Shown piece after piece: positions 8,472-15,432 of a stretch of 35,438 nucleotides of DNA (position 1 is its first letter; each line of letters begins with the position of its first letter). The stretch comes from Chloroflexota bacterium (GTDB lineage: Bacteria > Chloroflexota > Dehalococcoidia > Lucifugimonadales > JACPCL1). The stretch is taken from contig JACQUI010000279.1 in NCBI GenBank assembly GCA_016210395.1, forward strand, positions 1-35,438, in the 5' to 3' direction. A program made the translations under genes and the position numbers. The notes under the pieces are model-generated. The model was not told the DNA's origin. It ran no database searches and worked only from the letters and a program-made list of their open reading frames with translations.

Positions 8472-8578
8472 GCCATTCTGGAGCGAGGTGGTCAGACGGC
8501 TTTCGCTCCCAGGTACGTAGCCGTTCAAACTGGCCAATTGAGCGCCTCACAACTTCTGAGCCGACTGGTCATGTCGCC
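8472..8578 (+). repeat. Partial copies (C at 8472-8501 plus hairpin to ~8515; C2 at ~8553-8578) of the structured repeat also found at 33058 and 33741
   Basis: GCCATTCTGGAGCGAGGTGGTCAGACGGCT matches 25 of 30 nt of the 5' module of copy A. Hairpin GGAGCGA/TCGCTCC encloses GGTGGTCAGAC. C2 is TTCTGAGCCGACTGGTCATGTCG, with CGAC/GTCG around TGGTCAT. Confidence 0.45.
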
Positions 8579-8589
8579 AATCATACAAT

Positions 8590-8628
8590 AGGGGCGTCCT
8601 GAAGCATTAGGACGCCCCTACCTATTTT
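8590..8628 (+). terminator. Rho-independent terminator/attenuator between dnaJ and prmA
   Basis: 11-bp perfect stem AGGGGCGTCCT (8590-8600) / AGGACGCCCCT (8609-8619), 8-nt loop, then ACCTATTTTCG. Confidence 0.65.
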
Positions 8629-8640
8629 CGAGGAGCAGAG

Positions 8641-9576
8641 TTGATGGCCTACAAGGACGCGGGGGCCCCTGTGGACTGGCTGGAACTCAGCGTCCATGCC
8701 TCGCCTGAATACGTGGAGCCGCTGTCCGAGCTGTTCCGGCGGTACACCGATGGCGCTGCGGCGGTGCAGTTGGAAGGCGACTGGGACCCCGATAATGACC
8801 CATCCGACCCAGGCCCGCCCACCCGGGTCACGGTGACCGCCTATCTCAAGATGGACGCAACCTTCCACAACCGCCGCGCGATGATTGATGTTGGCCTCCG
8901 GCTGATCTCTCACCTGCAGCCCCTCGGCCAAGTCCAGGAGCGGGTGGTGAAGCAGACGGAATGGGAGTCCGCCTGGAAGGCCCATTTCACCACGCTCCGG
9001 GTCGGCAAGCGCATCGTGCTGCGGCCGATATGGCTTGAATACGAGCCCCGGCCCGGCGACGTGGTGGTTGACCTGGACCCGGGGATGGCGTTCGGCACTG
9101 GACACCATCCCACGACGCGCATGTGCCTGGAAGAGCTGGAGCGCCGTCTCGTCCCCGGCATGCGCGTGCTGGATGTGGGGACCGGGTCCGGCATCCTCGC
9201 CATCGCAGCAGCCAAGCTGGGCGCTGCGGAGGTCGTGGGCGTTGACATCGAAGAGGCCGCAATCAAGGCAAGCCGAGAGAACGCCCAGCGCAACGGCGTT
9301 GGCGACCGCTTCGCTATGCATCTCGGCTCTCTGCCGCATCCGGAGGCGCAATCGGGCAGCTTCGACCTCGCCCTGGCGAACATCACTGCCAGGACCATTG
9401 CGATGCTGGCGGGGGAGATGTGCGCCGCAATGAAGCCCGGCGCGCGGATCATTGCCACGGGGATCATCACCGAGCGCGAGGATGAGGCGAAGCAGGCCCT
9501 GGAGCAGGCGCTCGCCCTGGAAGAGCGGCGGCAGGATGGCGACTGGGTGCTGTACGTGGCGCGAAAGACGGGGTGA
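8641..9576 (+). CDS. prmA: Ribosomal protein L11 methyltransferase PrmA
   Basis: W-x-E-L start (VDWLELSVHA), GTGHHPTT motif, SAM-binding VLDVGTGSGILAIAAAKLGA. TTG at 8641 or ATG at 8644 as start. Confidence 0.9.
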   Translation: MMAYKDAGAPVDWLELSVHASPEYVEPLSELFRRYTDGAAAVQLEGDWDPDNDPSDPGPPTRVTVTAYLKMDATFHNRRAMIDVGLRLISHLQPLGQVQERVVKQTEWESAWKAHFTTLRVGKRIVLRPIWLEYEPRPGDVVVDLDPGMAFGTGHHPTTRMCLEELERRLVPGMRVLDVGTGSGILAIAAAKLGAAEVVGVDIEEAAIKASRENAQRNGVGDRFAMHLGSLPHPEAQSGSFDLALANITARTIAMLAGEMCAAMKPGARIIATGIITEREDEAKQALEQALALEERRQDGDWVLYVARKTG

Positions 9577-9588
9577 CAACCGCCATTT

Positions 9589-9611
9589 CCTTCCCCCTTG
9601 ACAGGGGAAGG
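9589..9611. repeat. Short GC hairpin CCTTCCCC-cttgaca-GGGGAAGG in a convergent intergenic region
   Basis: 8-bp perfect stem, 13 nt after the prmA stop. Followed at 9629-9645 by GAAGCGAAGGATAGGGG, which resembles the 3' module of the long repeat. Confidence 0.4.
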
Positions 9612-9675
9612 CCAGAGCCTGCCCTTGACCGAAGCGAAGGATAGGGGTGATGAAGGGCGACGCCCTACTTCAGTC

Positions 9676-9694
9676 CTCCCCCCTTGGTGGGGAG
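9676..9694. repeat. Short GC hairpin CTCCCC-ccttggt-GGGGAG just downstream of the yhhQ stop
   Basis: 6-bp stem at 9676-9681 / 9689-9694. Same sequence family as 1367, 6104, 9589 and 28762. Confidence 0.35.
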
Positions 9695-9702
9695 AAAGCT
9701 AT

Positions 9703-10386
9703 TCACAGCGCGAAGGGGTTCAGCGACGCCTGCCGGTCGTAGACGTCCATGCCTTCCTTGCGCTTCACGTAGGTGACCACGGCGTACGTCAGCGGCGTCG
9801 CCAGCGCCTCATACGCCACCTTCACCAGCCATTGCGTCGCCACAAGCTCTGCCAGCGCGCCGCCGGCCATTGTCCCGGCGAACGCGATGCTGATGAACAC
9901 GGCCGAGTCCACGCCCTGTCCTACCACCGTCGAGGAAATCGTGCGCGCCCACAGCCACCGTCCCTGAGTGGCCACTTTGAGCCGGGACAGCACCATGGAG
10001 TTGGCGAACTCACCGACAAGGTAGCCGGCGAAGGACGCCGCCAGCAGCCGGGGCGCATACCCAAGGATAGTGTGGTAGGCGTCTTGGCCCTGCCAAAAAG
10101 GCGCGGCGGGCAGCAGTCCGCCGGCCCAGAAGCCCAGCACCGCCACCGCGTTGGCCAGAAAGCCAAGCCATATGACCCGCCGCGCCATAGAGAAGCCGTA
10201 GACCTCGGTGAGGACGTCGCCAAGGATGTAGGTAAGGGGGAACAGCACGATGGCTGCGGGCAGGATGCGCCCGCCCACTTCGATGATCTTCACCGCGATC
10301 ACGTTGGAGGTGATCAGCAACGCCACGAAAAGGCAGGCGAAAACGACGTAGAGAGGAGTGATGCGCGAGATGGAGGTGTTGTTCAT
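9703..10386 (-). CDS. yhhQ: Queuosine-precursor transporter, YhhQ/DUF165 (VUT) family
   Basis: 227-aa polytopic membrane protein. LLITSNVIAVKI...FPLTYILGDVLTEVYG...STVVGQGVDSAVF are typical DUF165 blocks. Confidence 0.85.
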   Translation of the reverse strand: MNNTSISRITPLYVVFACLFVALLITSNVIAVKIIEVGGRILPAAIVLFPLTYILGDVLTEVYGFSMARRVIWLGFLANAVAVLGFWAGGLLPAAPFWQGQDAYHTILGYAPRLLAASFAGYLVGEFANSMVLSRLKVATQGRWLWARTISSTVVGQGVDSAVFISIAFAGTMAGGALAELVATQWLVKVAYEALATPLTYAVVTYVKRKEGMDVYDRQASLNPFAL

Positions 10387-10387
10387 G

Positions 10388-11041
10388 TCAGTCCGTCTTG
10401 ATCCCCGTTATGCGTATCATGCCGCGCCCCTTGTAGATGTGATTGATGTTCAGAAGCAGCGCAGTCAGCTCTTCCACGTAGCGGGCATTGGCCAGGCCGC
10501 CGCCGTCTATGGAACCCAGCGCCGGTATCTTGCGGGCCAGGGCCATGACCTGCGCTTTCGCTTCCGCGTGGTCGGAGCACACGACCACATCGCCGTCCAG
10601 CTTGCGGTTTGGCGACCACAGGTCTATGGCGCTGATATTCTGGAACGCAGCGACAACCAGAGAGCGGGGCAGGAGCCGGTGCGCCTGCATGGCCGCTGAG
10701 CCTTCAGGGACTGTGATGGCCTCAAAGACGTTGTCGTGGAAACGCAGAGGCGCCACTGTCGAAACAACCACTTTGCCGCTCAACGCGCCAGCGAGGGCCG
10801 GGAGCACACCCAGTTGCGCCTCGTACGGCAAGGTGATGAAGACGACCTCGCACTCCCGCGCGACATCGTCGTTGGTCGCTGCCTTCACGCCCGTGACGGG
10901 CGCGCGGGCCATGATGCGGGTCATGGCCTCCTCGGCTCGGGCCGACTCTCTCGATCCGACCATGACCGACTCGCCCCCCAGGGCCAGCCGCAGAGCGAGT
11001 CCGCGTCCCTCGGGGCCGGTCCCCCCAAGAAAACCAAGCAT
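10388..11041 (-). CDS. npdG: NADPH-dependent F420 reductase (NpdG-like, F420_oxidored family)
   Basis: Start moved to ATG 11041 (MLGFLGGTGPEGRGLALRLALGGESVMVGSR), preceded by AAGGAG 7 nt upstream. Rossmann GGTGxxGxGLA motif. Stop at 10388-10390 lies 1 nt from the yhhQ ATG. Confidence 0.85.
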   Translation of the reverse strand: MLGFLGGTGPEGRGLALRLALGGESVMVGSRESARAEEAMTRIMARAPVTGVKAATNDDVARECEVVFITLPYEAQLGVLPALAGALSGKVVVSTVAPLRFHDNVFEAITVPEGSAAMQAHRLLPRSLVVAAFQNISAIDLWSPNRKLDGDVVVCSDHAEAKAQVMALARKIPALGSIDGGGLANARYVEELTALLLNINHIYKGRGMIRITGIKTD

Positions 11042-11131
11042 AGACCGCTCCTTGCGGAAGGTGCCACACAGTATAGCAGAGCGGCGCATCTGCCTGAACT
11101 TGTACTGCTGCGTGTTGCGTCAATAGAAACG

Positions 11132-11384
11132 GTTACCGGAGAGGTAACGTTGCCTCAGGAGTGCGTATTAACCGGAGGCTCGTGTTGTTCTGCCGTCACC
11201 TGGACCACTTGTGGGCCAGGTGACGGTCCAGGTCGGCCTTGAGTTGCACTGGGTTCAGGCGTGCATAGGTTGCCCGCAGGGCTGCTTCCCCCTTGGCGCT
11301 GAGCACCGTGCTCGCTCACGCCGCTTCTCCTCATGTTACCGGAGGGAACATGATTTCTGAAGCAACGTTACCCCCTCCAGTAAC
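11132..11384. repeat. 253-bp element bounded by imperfect terminal inverted repeats (MITE-like or decayed IS remnant, or clustered operator palindromes)
   Basis: IR-L GTTACCGGAGAGGTAACGTTGC (11132-11153). Reverse complement of IR-R (11362-11384) is GTTACTGGAGGGGGTAACGTTGC, matching in 20 of 23 aligned columns. Extra partial copies at 11168-11179 and 11335-11349. Internal 11-bp perfect hairpin at 11193-11203 / 11216-11226. Confidence 0.4.
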
Positions 11385-11409
11385 ATTTAGTATGAGTCAA
11401 TACGCTTCC

Positions 11410-11439
11410 TTGGTGCGTCATCACCAGACGCGCTACAAT
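11410..11439 (+). promoter_or_regulatory. Candidate promoter of the hydrolase gene (TTGGTG-18 nt-TACAAT)
   Basis: TTGGTG at 11410-11415 and TACAAT at 11434-11439. SD AAGGAGG at 11470-11476 and GTG start at 11483. Confidence 0.35.
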
Positions 11440-11482
11440 ACAAAGCGGCCGACCTGCCAGTGTCCGCCCAAGGAGGAAGCCT

Positions 11483-12322
11483 GTGCCCAAGCTCAAGCTG
11501 CCCGACGTGGAGATCAGCTTTACCATTGACGACTACACCGACCCCTGGAAACGCACCCCCTGGGTGCTGCTGCACCACGCCCTGGCAGGCAGCTCGCGCC
11601 AGTGGTACGGCTGGGTGCCAGCGCTGGCCCGCCACTACCGGGTGCTGCGCTACGACGCCCGCGGCCACGGCGACTCCACCTGGCCCGCCTCCAACGGCCA
11701 CTTCAGCCTCGACACCCTGGTAAGCGACGTCCTCCAGGTGCTGGACGCCCTGGACATCAAACGCGTGCATTTCGTGGGCGCGTCCGGTGGCGCGGCGGTT
11801 GGTCTCAAGCTGGCGCATGACCATGCGCATTCCGGCGTGGTGCGCAGCCTCACCCTGGTTGCCGCCACGCCCAGGCTGGCCGGGCCGGGCGTTGACCTTG
11901 CCCGCTGGAACGAGCTTATTGACAAGGCGGGCGTCAAAGGCTGGCTCTTGGCCGATGCCCCCGCCCGCTTCGGCGAGGCCAACCTCAAGCTGGCGGAGTG
12001 GCTCGCCGAGGAAGGCGCGCGCACCCCTGTCGCTGTGGCAAAGACCTGCCTTTCGGCCATGGCGGACGCCGACCTCACGGGCATCCTGCCCAACATCCGC
12101 ACCCGCACGCTCCTGCTCGCCTCGGACAACGACGACGTCGCGCCGCCGGCCGTCCAGGAGCTCATGCGAGACCGCCTCCGCAAGGCCACGCTGAAGGTCT
12201 ACCCCGGCCTGGGCCACAACATCCAGACCCTCATGCCCGACACCCTTGCCGCCGAAGCCCTCGCTTTCATGAAGGCATCCGACGATCTGGAAGAGCTGAG
12301 CGCGGGCATGGGGGAATGCTAG
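11483..12322 (+). CDS. Alpha/beta-fold hydrolase (enol-lactonase-like), substrate unknown
   Basis: HHALAGS oxyanion region, nucleophile elbow VGASGGA (G-x-S-x-G), late D and GHN (PGLGHNIQ) triad candidates. 279 aa. GTG start with AAGGAGG upstream. Confidence 0.85.
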   Translation: MPKLKLPDVEISFTIDDYTDPWKRTPWVLLHHALAGSSRQWYGWVPALARHYRVLRYDARGHGDSTWPASNGHFSLDTLVSDVLQVLDALDIKRVHFVGASGGAAVGLKLAHDHAHSGVVRSLTLVAATPRLAGPGVDLARWNELIDKAGVKGWLLADAPARFGEANLKLAEWLAEEGARTPVAVAKTCLSAMADADLTGILPNIRTRTLLLASDNDDVAPPAVQELMRDRLRKATLKVYPGLGHNIQTLMPDTLAAEALAFMKASDDLEELSAGMGEC

Positions 12323-12477
12323 AGCCCTACCTGGGCCATCGCCTACACCCGAAGGCACGTGTGCCGGCTGATGTTGGGCGGAGCCTCCCTTCGTAATGCA
12401 TACCATCTGTCGCCACACCGTATCCGAGGCTGCGGTAGCGCAAACAGCCTAGGCCATTTCCCCTGCCTTCATCTTCA

Positions 12478-12514
12478 CGCCCCACCTGCTTCGTGGGGCG
12501 TTTCGTTTTGTGCT
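12478..12514 (+). terminator. Rho-independent terminator downstream of the hydrolase gene
   Basis: CGCCCCAC (12478-12485) / GTGGGGCG (12493-12500), 7-nt loop, then TTTCGTTTTGTGCTTT. Confidence 0.65.
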
Positions 12515-12683
12515 TTCCTGCAAATCGGTGATACCGCTCCAGGCTCGAATGCGCCACACTGGAAAAGAGGGCCAGGCGTACAAGCTGCAGCGCCCCCGCC
12601 TGCGTCACGCCCGGAAGCGCGCTGGCGCCAGGCCGCCTTTTCCGTATGTGATGAATAGCAAGTTCCTGCAATAGGGAAGCGGC

Positions 12684-13187
12684 ATGAACACCTTCACGGA
12701 GCGCTGCCTGGACATGCAGGGCTTCGCATACCTGAGCAGGGAGCAGAAGGCACGCCTCGCGCCAGCCCTGCGGTTCACCCCCGCTGCATGCACGTCCTTG
12801 GTCATGGCGGGCCTCGTGCTGCGTTCCCCCCTCCTCCTGGCGGCAACCGCGGCCTTCGCTCTGGTTGGGTCCCTGCTGCCACGGGCGCATCCTCTGGACC
12901 TCCTGTACAATCGCGCCCTCCGTCCGATCTTGCGCGGCCCAGCCCTGCCCCCGAACCCCGCGCCAAGACGGTTCGCCGCCGGCATCAAATCGGTCCCGCT
13001 GTTCATCGCGGCGGCGGCTCTCCAGGCCGGGTACGGGCCCATCGCATTCGCCATTGGCCTCTTCCTTGCCACGGTCGGCGCCGTGGCCGCCATCACCTGC
13101 TGGGACATGGGGAGCTGGCTGTACCGAATAGCGGTTGTGAGGAGTGTCGCAGCGTTTAGGAGAGCCGGCAAGGCGGAGTCCATGTAA
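12684..13187 (+). CDS. Membrane protein, probably DUF4395 family
   Basis: 167 aa with 3-4 hydrophobic helices. N-terminal C-x-D-x-QGF...RF motif context recalled from DUF4395 proteins. Family assignment is from memory only. Confidence 0.6.
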   Translation: MNTFTERCLDMQGFAYLSREQKARLAPALRFTPAACTSLVMAGLVLRSPLLLAATAAFALVGSLLPRAHPLDLLYNRALRPILRGPALPPNPAPRRFAAGIKSVPLFIAAAALQAGYGPIAFAIGLFLATVGAVAAITCWDMGSWLYRIAVVRSVAAFRRAGKAESM

Positions 13188-13279
13188 CTCGCACTCGTGG
13201 TTTCCATACGTAGCTACTTCTTCCGTGGCTCAGGTCATGGCTGACTAGGCATCGGAGGGATGCGAAAGGAGGGGCGCAT

Positions 13280-13765
13280 ATGACGAATGGAATCGCAGAG
13301 CGCAGCCTGGCGGAGCGGAGGCTAAGAGATATGGAGGAGGTGTTTGACCACCTGTTCGACGGCTTGATGGCGGACTTTGCGTTTGCGCCGCGCCGGTTTT
13401 TCCTGCGCCCACGCCGCAGGACCGACTACCTGGAACGGTGGCTCCCGGAGATGGATGTGGTCCAGGAAGAGGGGAAGCTGGTGGCGAGGATGGACCTCCC
13501 TGGCGTGGAGCGCAAGGACATTGACGTGCGCGTCGAAGGCGACTTGCTCATCGTTCAGGGACACCGGGAGCAGGCCAAGGAAGTGCAAAGGGAGGACTAC
13601 TACCGCGCAGAGCGTGTGGCCGGGGAGTTCTCCCGCTGCGTTGAGCTTCCCGATGGAGCGGATACCGGCAACATCCAGGCCACCTACAAGGATGGGGTTC
13701 TGGAGGTGGTCGTGCCGACTCCCAAGGCTGCGCTGGTGAAGAAAGTGACCATCCCCGTCAAGTAG
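13280..13765 (+). CDS. Hsp20/alpha-crystallin family small heat-shock protein
   Basis: Alpha-crystallin core MDLPGVERKDIDVRVEGDLLIVQGHRE...GEFSRCVELPDGADTGNIQATYKDGVLEVVVP. SD GAAAGGAGG upstream. Confidence 0.95.
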   Translation: MTNGIAERSLAERRLRDMEEVFDHLFDGLMADFAFAPRRFFLRPRRRTDYLERWLPEMDVVQEEGKLVARMDLPGVERKDIDVRVEGDLLIVQGHREQAKEVQREDYYRAERVAGEFSRCVELPDGADTGNIQATYKDGVLEVVVPTPKAALVKKVTIPVK

Positions 13766-14057
13766 CAATGGGGCTGGGCCAGGTCTTCCGGTTTGTCGCG
13801 AGAATGCAGCCGCGCCTGGGCGTACGAAGGGCCGGGTTCAGGGCCTGCCGAAGGGACGGGCGCTGCCGTGGGGGGGCGTAGGGGCGAGGCGCTGCCTTGC
13901 CCAAGGGTGGACGGGACGAAGCGTCTGCCACTAGGAAATGGCCTCTTGTGTGGTCCGACAAGCTCGCCACAAACCGGGTGCGCTCTTGTTCCCAGCAACC
14001 GAAGGGCTGCGGGGCTAACGGGACAGTTATGAAACGTGTGGGAAAAGGAGGGCTTTT

Positions 14058-14735
14058 ATGCAAGCAACGTTTACCAAGACCGACTCCAGAATCCAGCAGG
14101 ATGTGCTGGAGGAGTTGAAGTGGGACCCGCGCGTTGAGGAGACTGACGTGGGTGTGGAGGTAGACAACGGCATCGTGACGCTTACCGGCACGGTAACCAG
14201 CCTTGCCAAGCGCATCGCCGCCCAGGAAGCGGCGCACCGCGTGAAGGGCGTGCTGGATGTCGCCAACACCATCGTTGTAAGGCCGCCCGGATCTCCCGGG
14301 CGCACCGACACGGAGCTGGCGCAGGCCGTGCGAACGGCGCTCCAGTGGAACGTGATGGTGCCGAAAGACCGCATCAAGACAACGGTCTCCCAGGGGCGCG
14401 TAACCCTGGAAGGTGCCGTGGACAACTGGTACGAGCGCGATGAGGCGGAGAAGGCGATTCAACCCCTTTCGGGGCTGCGCTCAATCGTCAACAATATCCA
14501 TGTGACTAGGATTCCCGTTGCGCCGGCAAAGGTGCAACAGGCTATAGAGGGCGCCCTGGAGCGCCGGGCGGAGCGTACTGCCAACCGCATCACTGTGAGC
14601 GTTGAGGAAGGCAAGGTGCGACTGTCCGGCAAGGTGCATTCCTGGCAGGAGCGAGAGGCGGTGGTTGGCGCGGCCAAGGTCACTTCCGGTGTGACCGAGG
14701 TGGATGACCGCTTGACCATTGCCCCGGATGCGTAG
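14058..14735 (+). CDS. BON-domain protein (three BON repeats, OsmY-like)
   Basis: Three repeats of the pattern [D/R]-x-V-x-V-x-V-x-[DEQ]-G-x-V-T/R-L-x-G-x-V...A (VGVEVDNGIVTLTGTV, IKTTVSQGRVTLEGAV, ITVSVEEGKVRLSGKV). SD AAAAGGAGGG upstream. Confidence 0.9.
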   Translation: MQATFTKTDSRIQQDVLEELKWDPRVEETDVGVEVDNGIVTLTGTVTSLAKRIAAQEAAHRVKGVLDVANTIVVRPPGSPGRTDTELAQAVRTALQWNVMVPKDRIKTTVSQGRVTLEGAVDNWYERDEAEKAIQPLSGLRSIVNNIHVTRIPVAPAKVQQAIEGALERRAERTANRITVSVEEGKVRLSGKVHSWQEREAVVGAAKVTSGVTEVDDRLTIAPDA

Positions 14736-14755
14736 CGCGCGGCAATTCCCCGCCG

Positions 14756-14810
14756 CTTCCCGCGCTTGCAGCAACTGCCGGCCACCCCAAGCGCGGGAAG
14801 CATTTCTTCC
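14756..14810 (+). terminator. Hairpin terminator after the BON gene
   Basis: 12-bp perfect stem CTTCCCGCGCTT (14756-14767) / AAGCGCGGGAAG (14789-14800), 21-nt loop, then CATTTCTTCC. Confidence 0.5.
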
Positions 14811-14827
14811 CAACACACGGAAGGAGC

Positions 14828-15255
14828 ATGAGCATGTTCGTCAAGTCCATCATGGCTAGCAAGCCTCGGACCACCGGCGCTCAGGAGGATGTAGCGAGCG
14901 CCGCCAAGCGTATGCGAGAGAACAATGTGGGGTGTCTCATCGTGGTCAATTCCAATGCGGTCCAGGGCATCATCACCGACCGTGACCTTACGATAGGCTG
15001 CCTGGCGGAAGGCCATGACTCTACAAGATGCATGGTCTCCAGCCACATGAGCAGCCCAGCGGTAACGGTTCCCCCTGCGATGGACGTCAGGACGCCGCGC
15101 GCCTCATGGTGGAGAAGAACGTGAAGCGCCTTCCAGTGGTGGAGAATGGGAAACTGGTGGGCCTCATCTCCTTCTCAGACATCGCTCTGGCAATGGACCA
15201 GCCTGTGCACAATCTCCTCATAGGGATGGGCGCGGCTCGAAAAGCGGCGGCCTAG
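14828..15255 (+). pseudogene. Stand-alone CBS-pair protein (~142 aa) interrupted by a 1-nt frameshift near 15088/15089
   Basis: The first CBS (VKSIMASKP...NNVGCLIVVNSNAVQGIITDRDL) is in the 14828 frame and runs into a stop at 15122-15124. The second CBS ([32 protein letters not shown]) continues in the other frame to 15255. One extra base after GAC GTC (15083-15088) would restore ...[14 protein letters not shown]... ATG 14834 has better SD spacing than 14828. Confidence 0.8.
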
Positions 15256-15432
15256 AGTTGCTTGCCGACCGGCATCACGCATTCGCCGCGCGGGCATATT
15301 CATGAGTGCGCTAGCAGGTGACCCCCGTCTGCGAGGGAGGCTCTCGTCCGCATCTGACGGGAGAGACCGCACCTGCTGCTTCTGCCATCAACTGCTCGCA
15401 AAACGGGAAAAGCAAAGCCAGCAGCCAGGGGG

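Noticed and set aside
7002-9579. Long minus-strand ORFs (7002..8372, 8581..9579) opposite dnaJ and prmA
   Set aside because: These are high-GC shadow ORFs. The plus-strand genes have unmistakable family motifs, and the antisense translations are Arg/Gly/Ala/Pro-rich and featureless.
13853-13884. G3-N2-G3-N9-G7-N4-G4 tract between hsp20 and the BON gene (potential G-quadruplex)
   Set aside because: Such G-runs are expected at this GC content. The long central loop makes a stable G4 doubtful, and there is no supporting context.
13188-15432. Searched the upstream regions of hsp20, BON, CBS and dksA-like genes for CIRCE or DosR-box-like palindromes
   Set aside because: None was found by eye. 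The only CIRCE is at 6242-6268.
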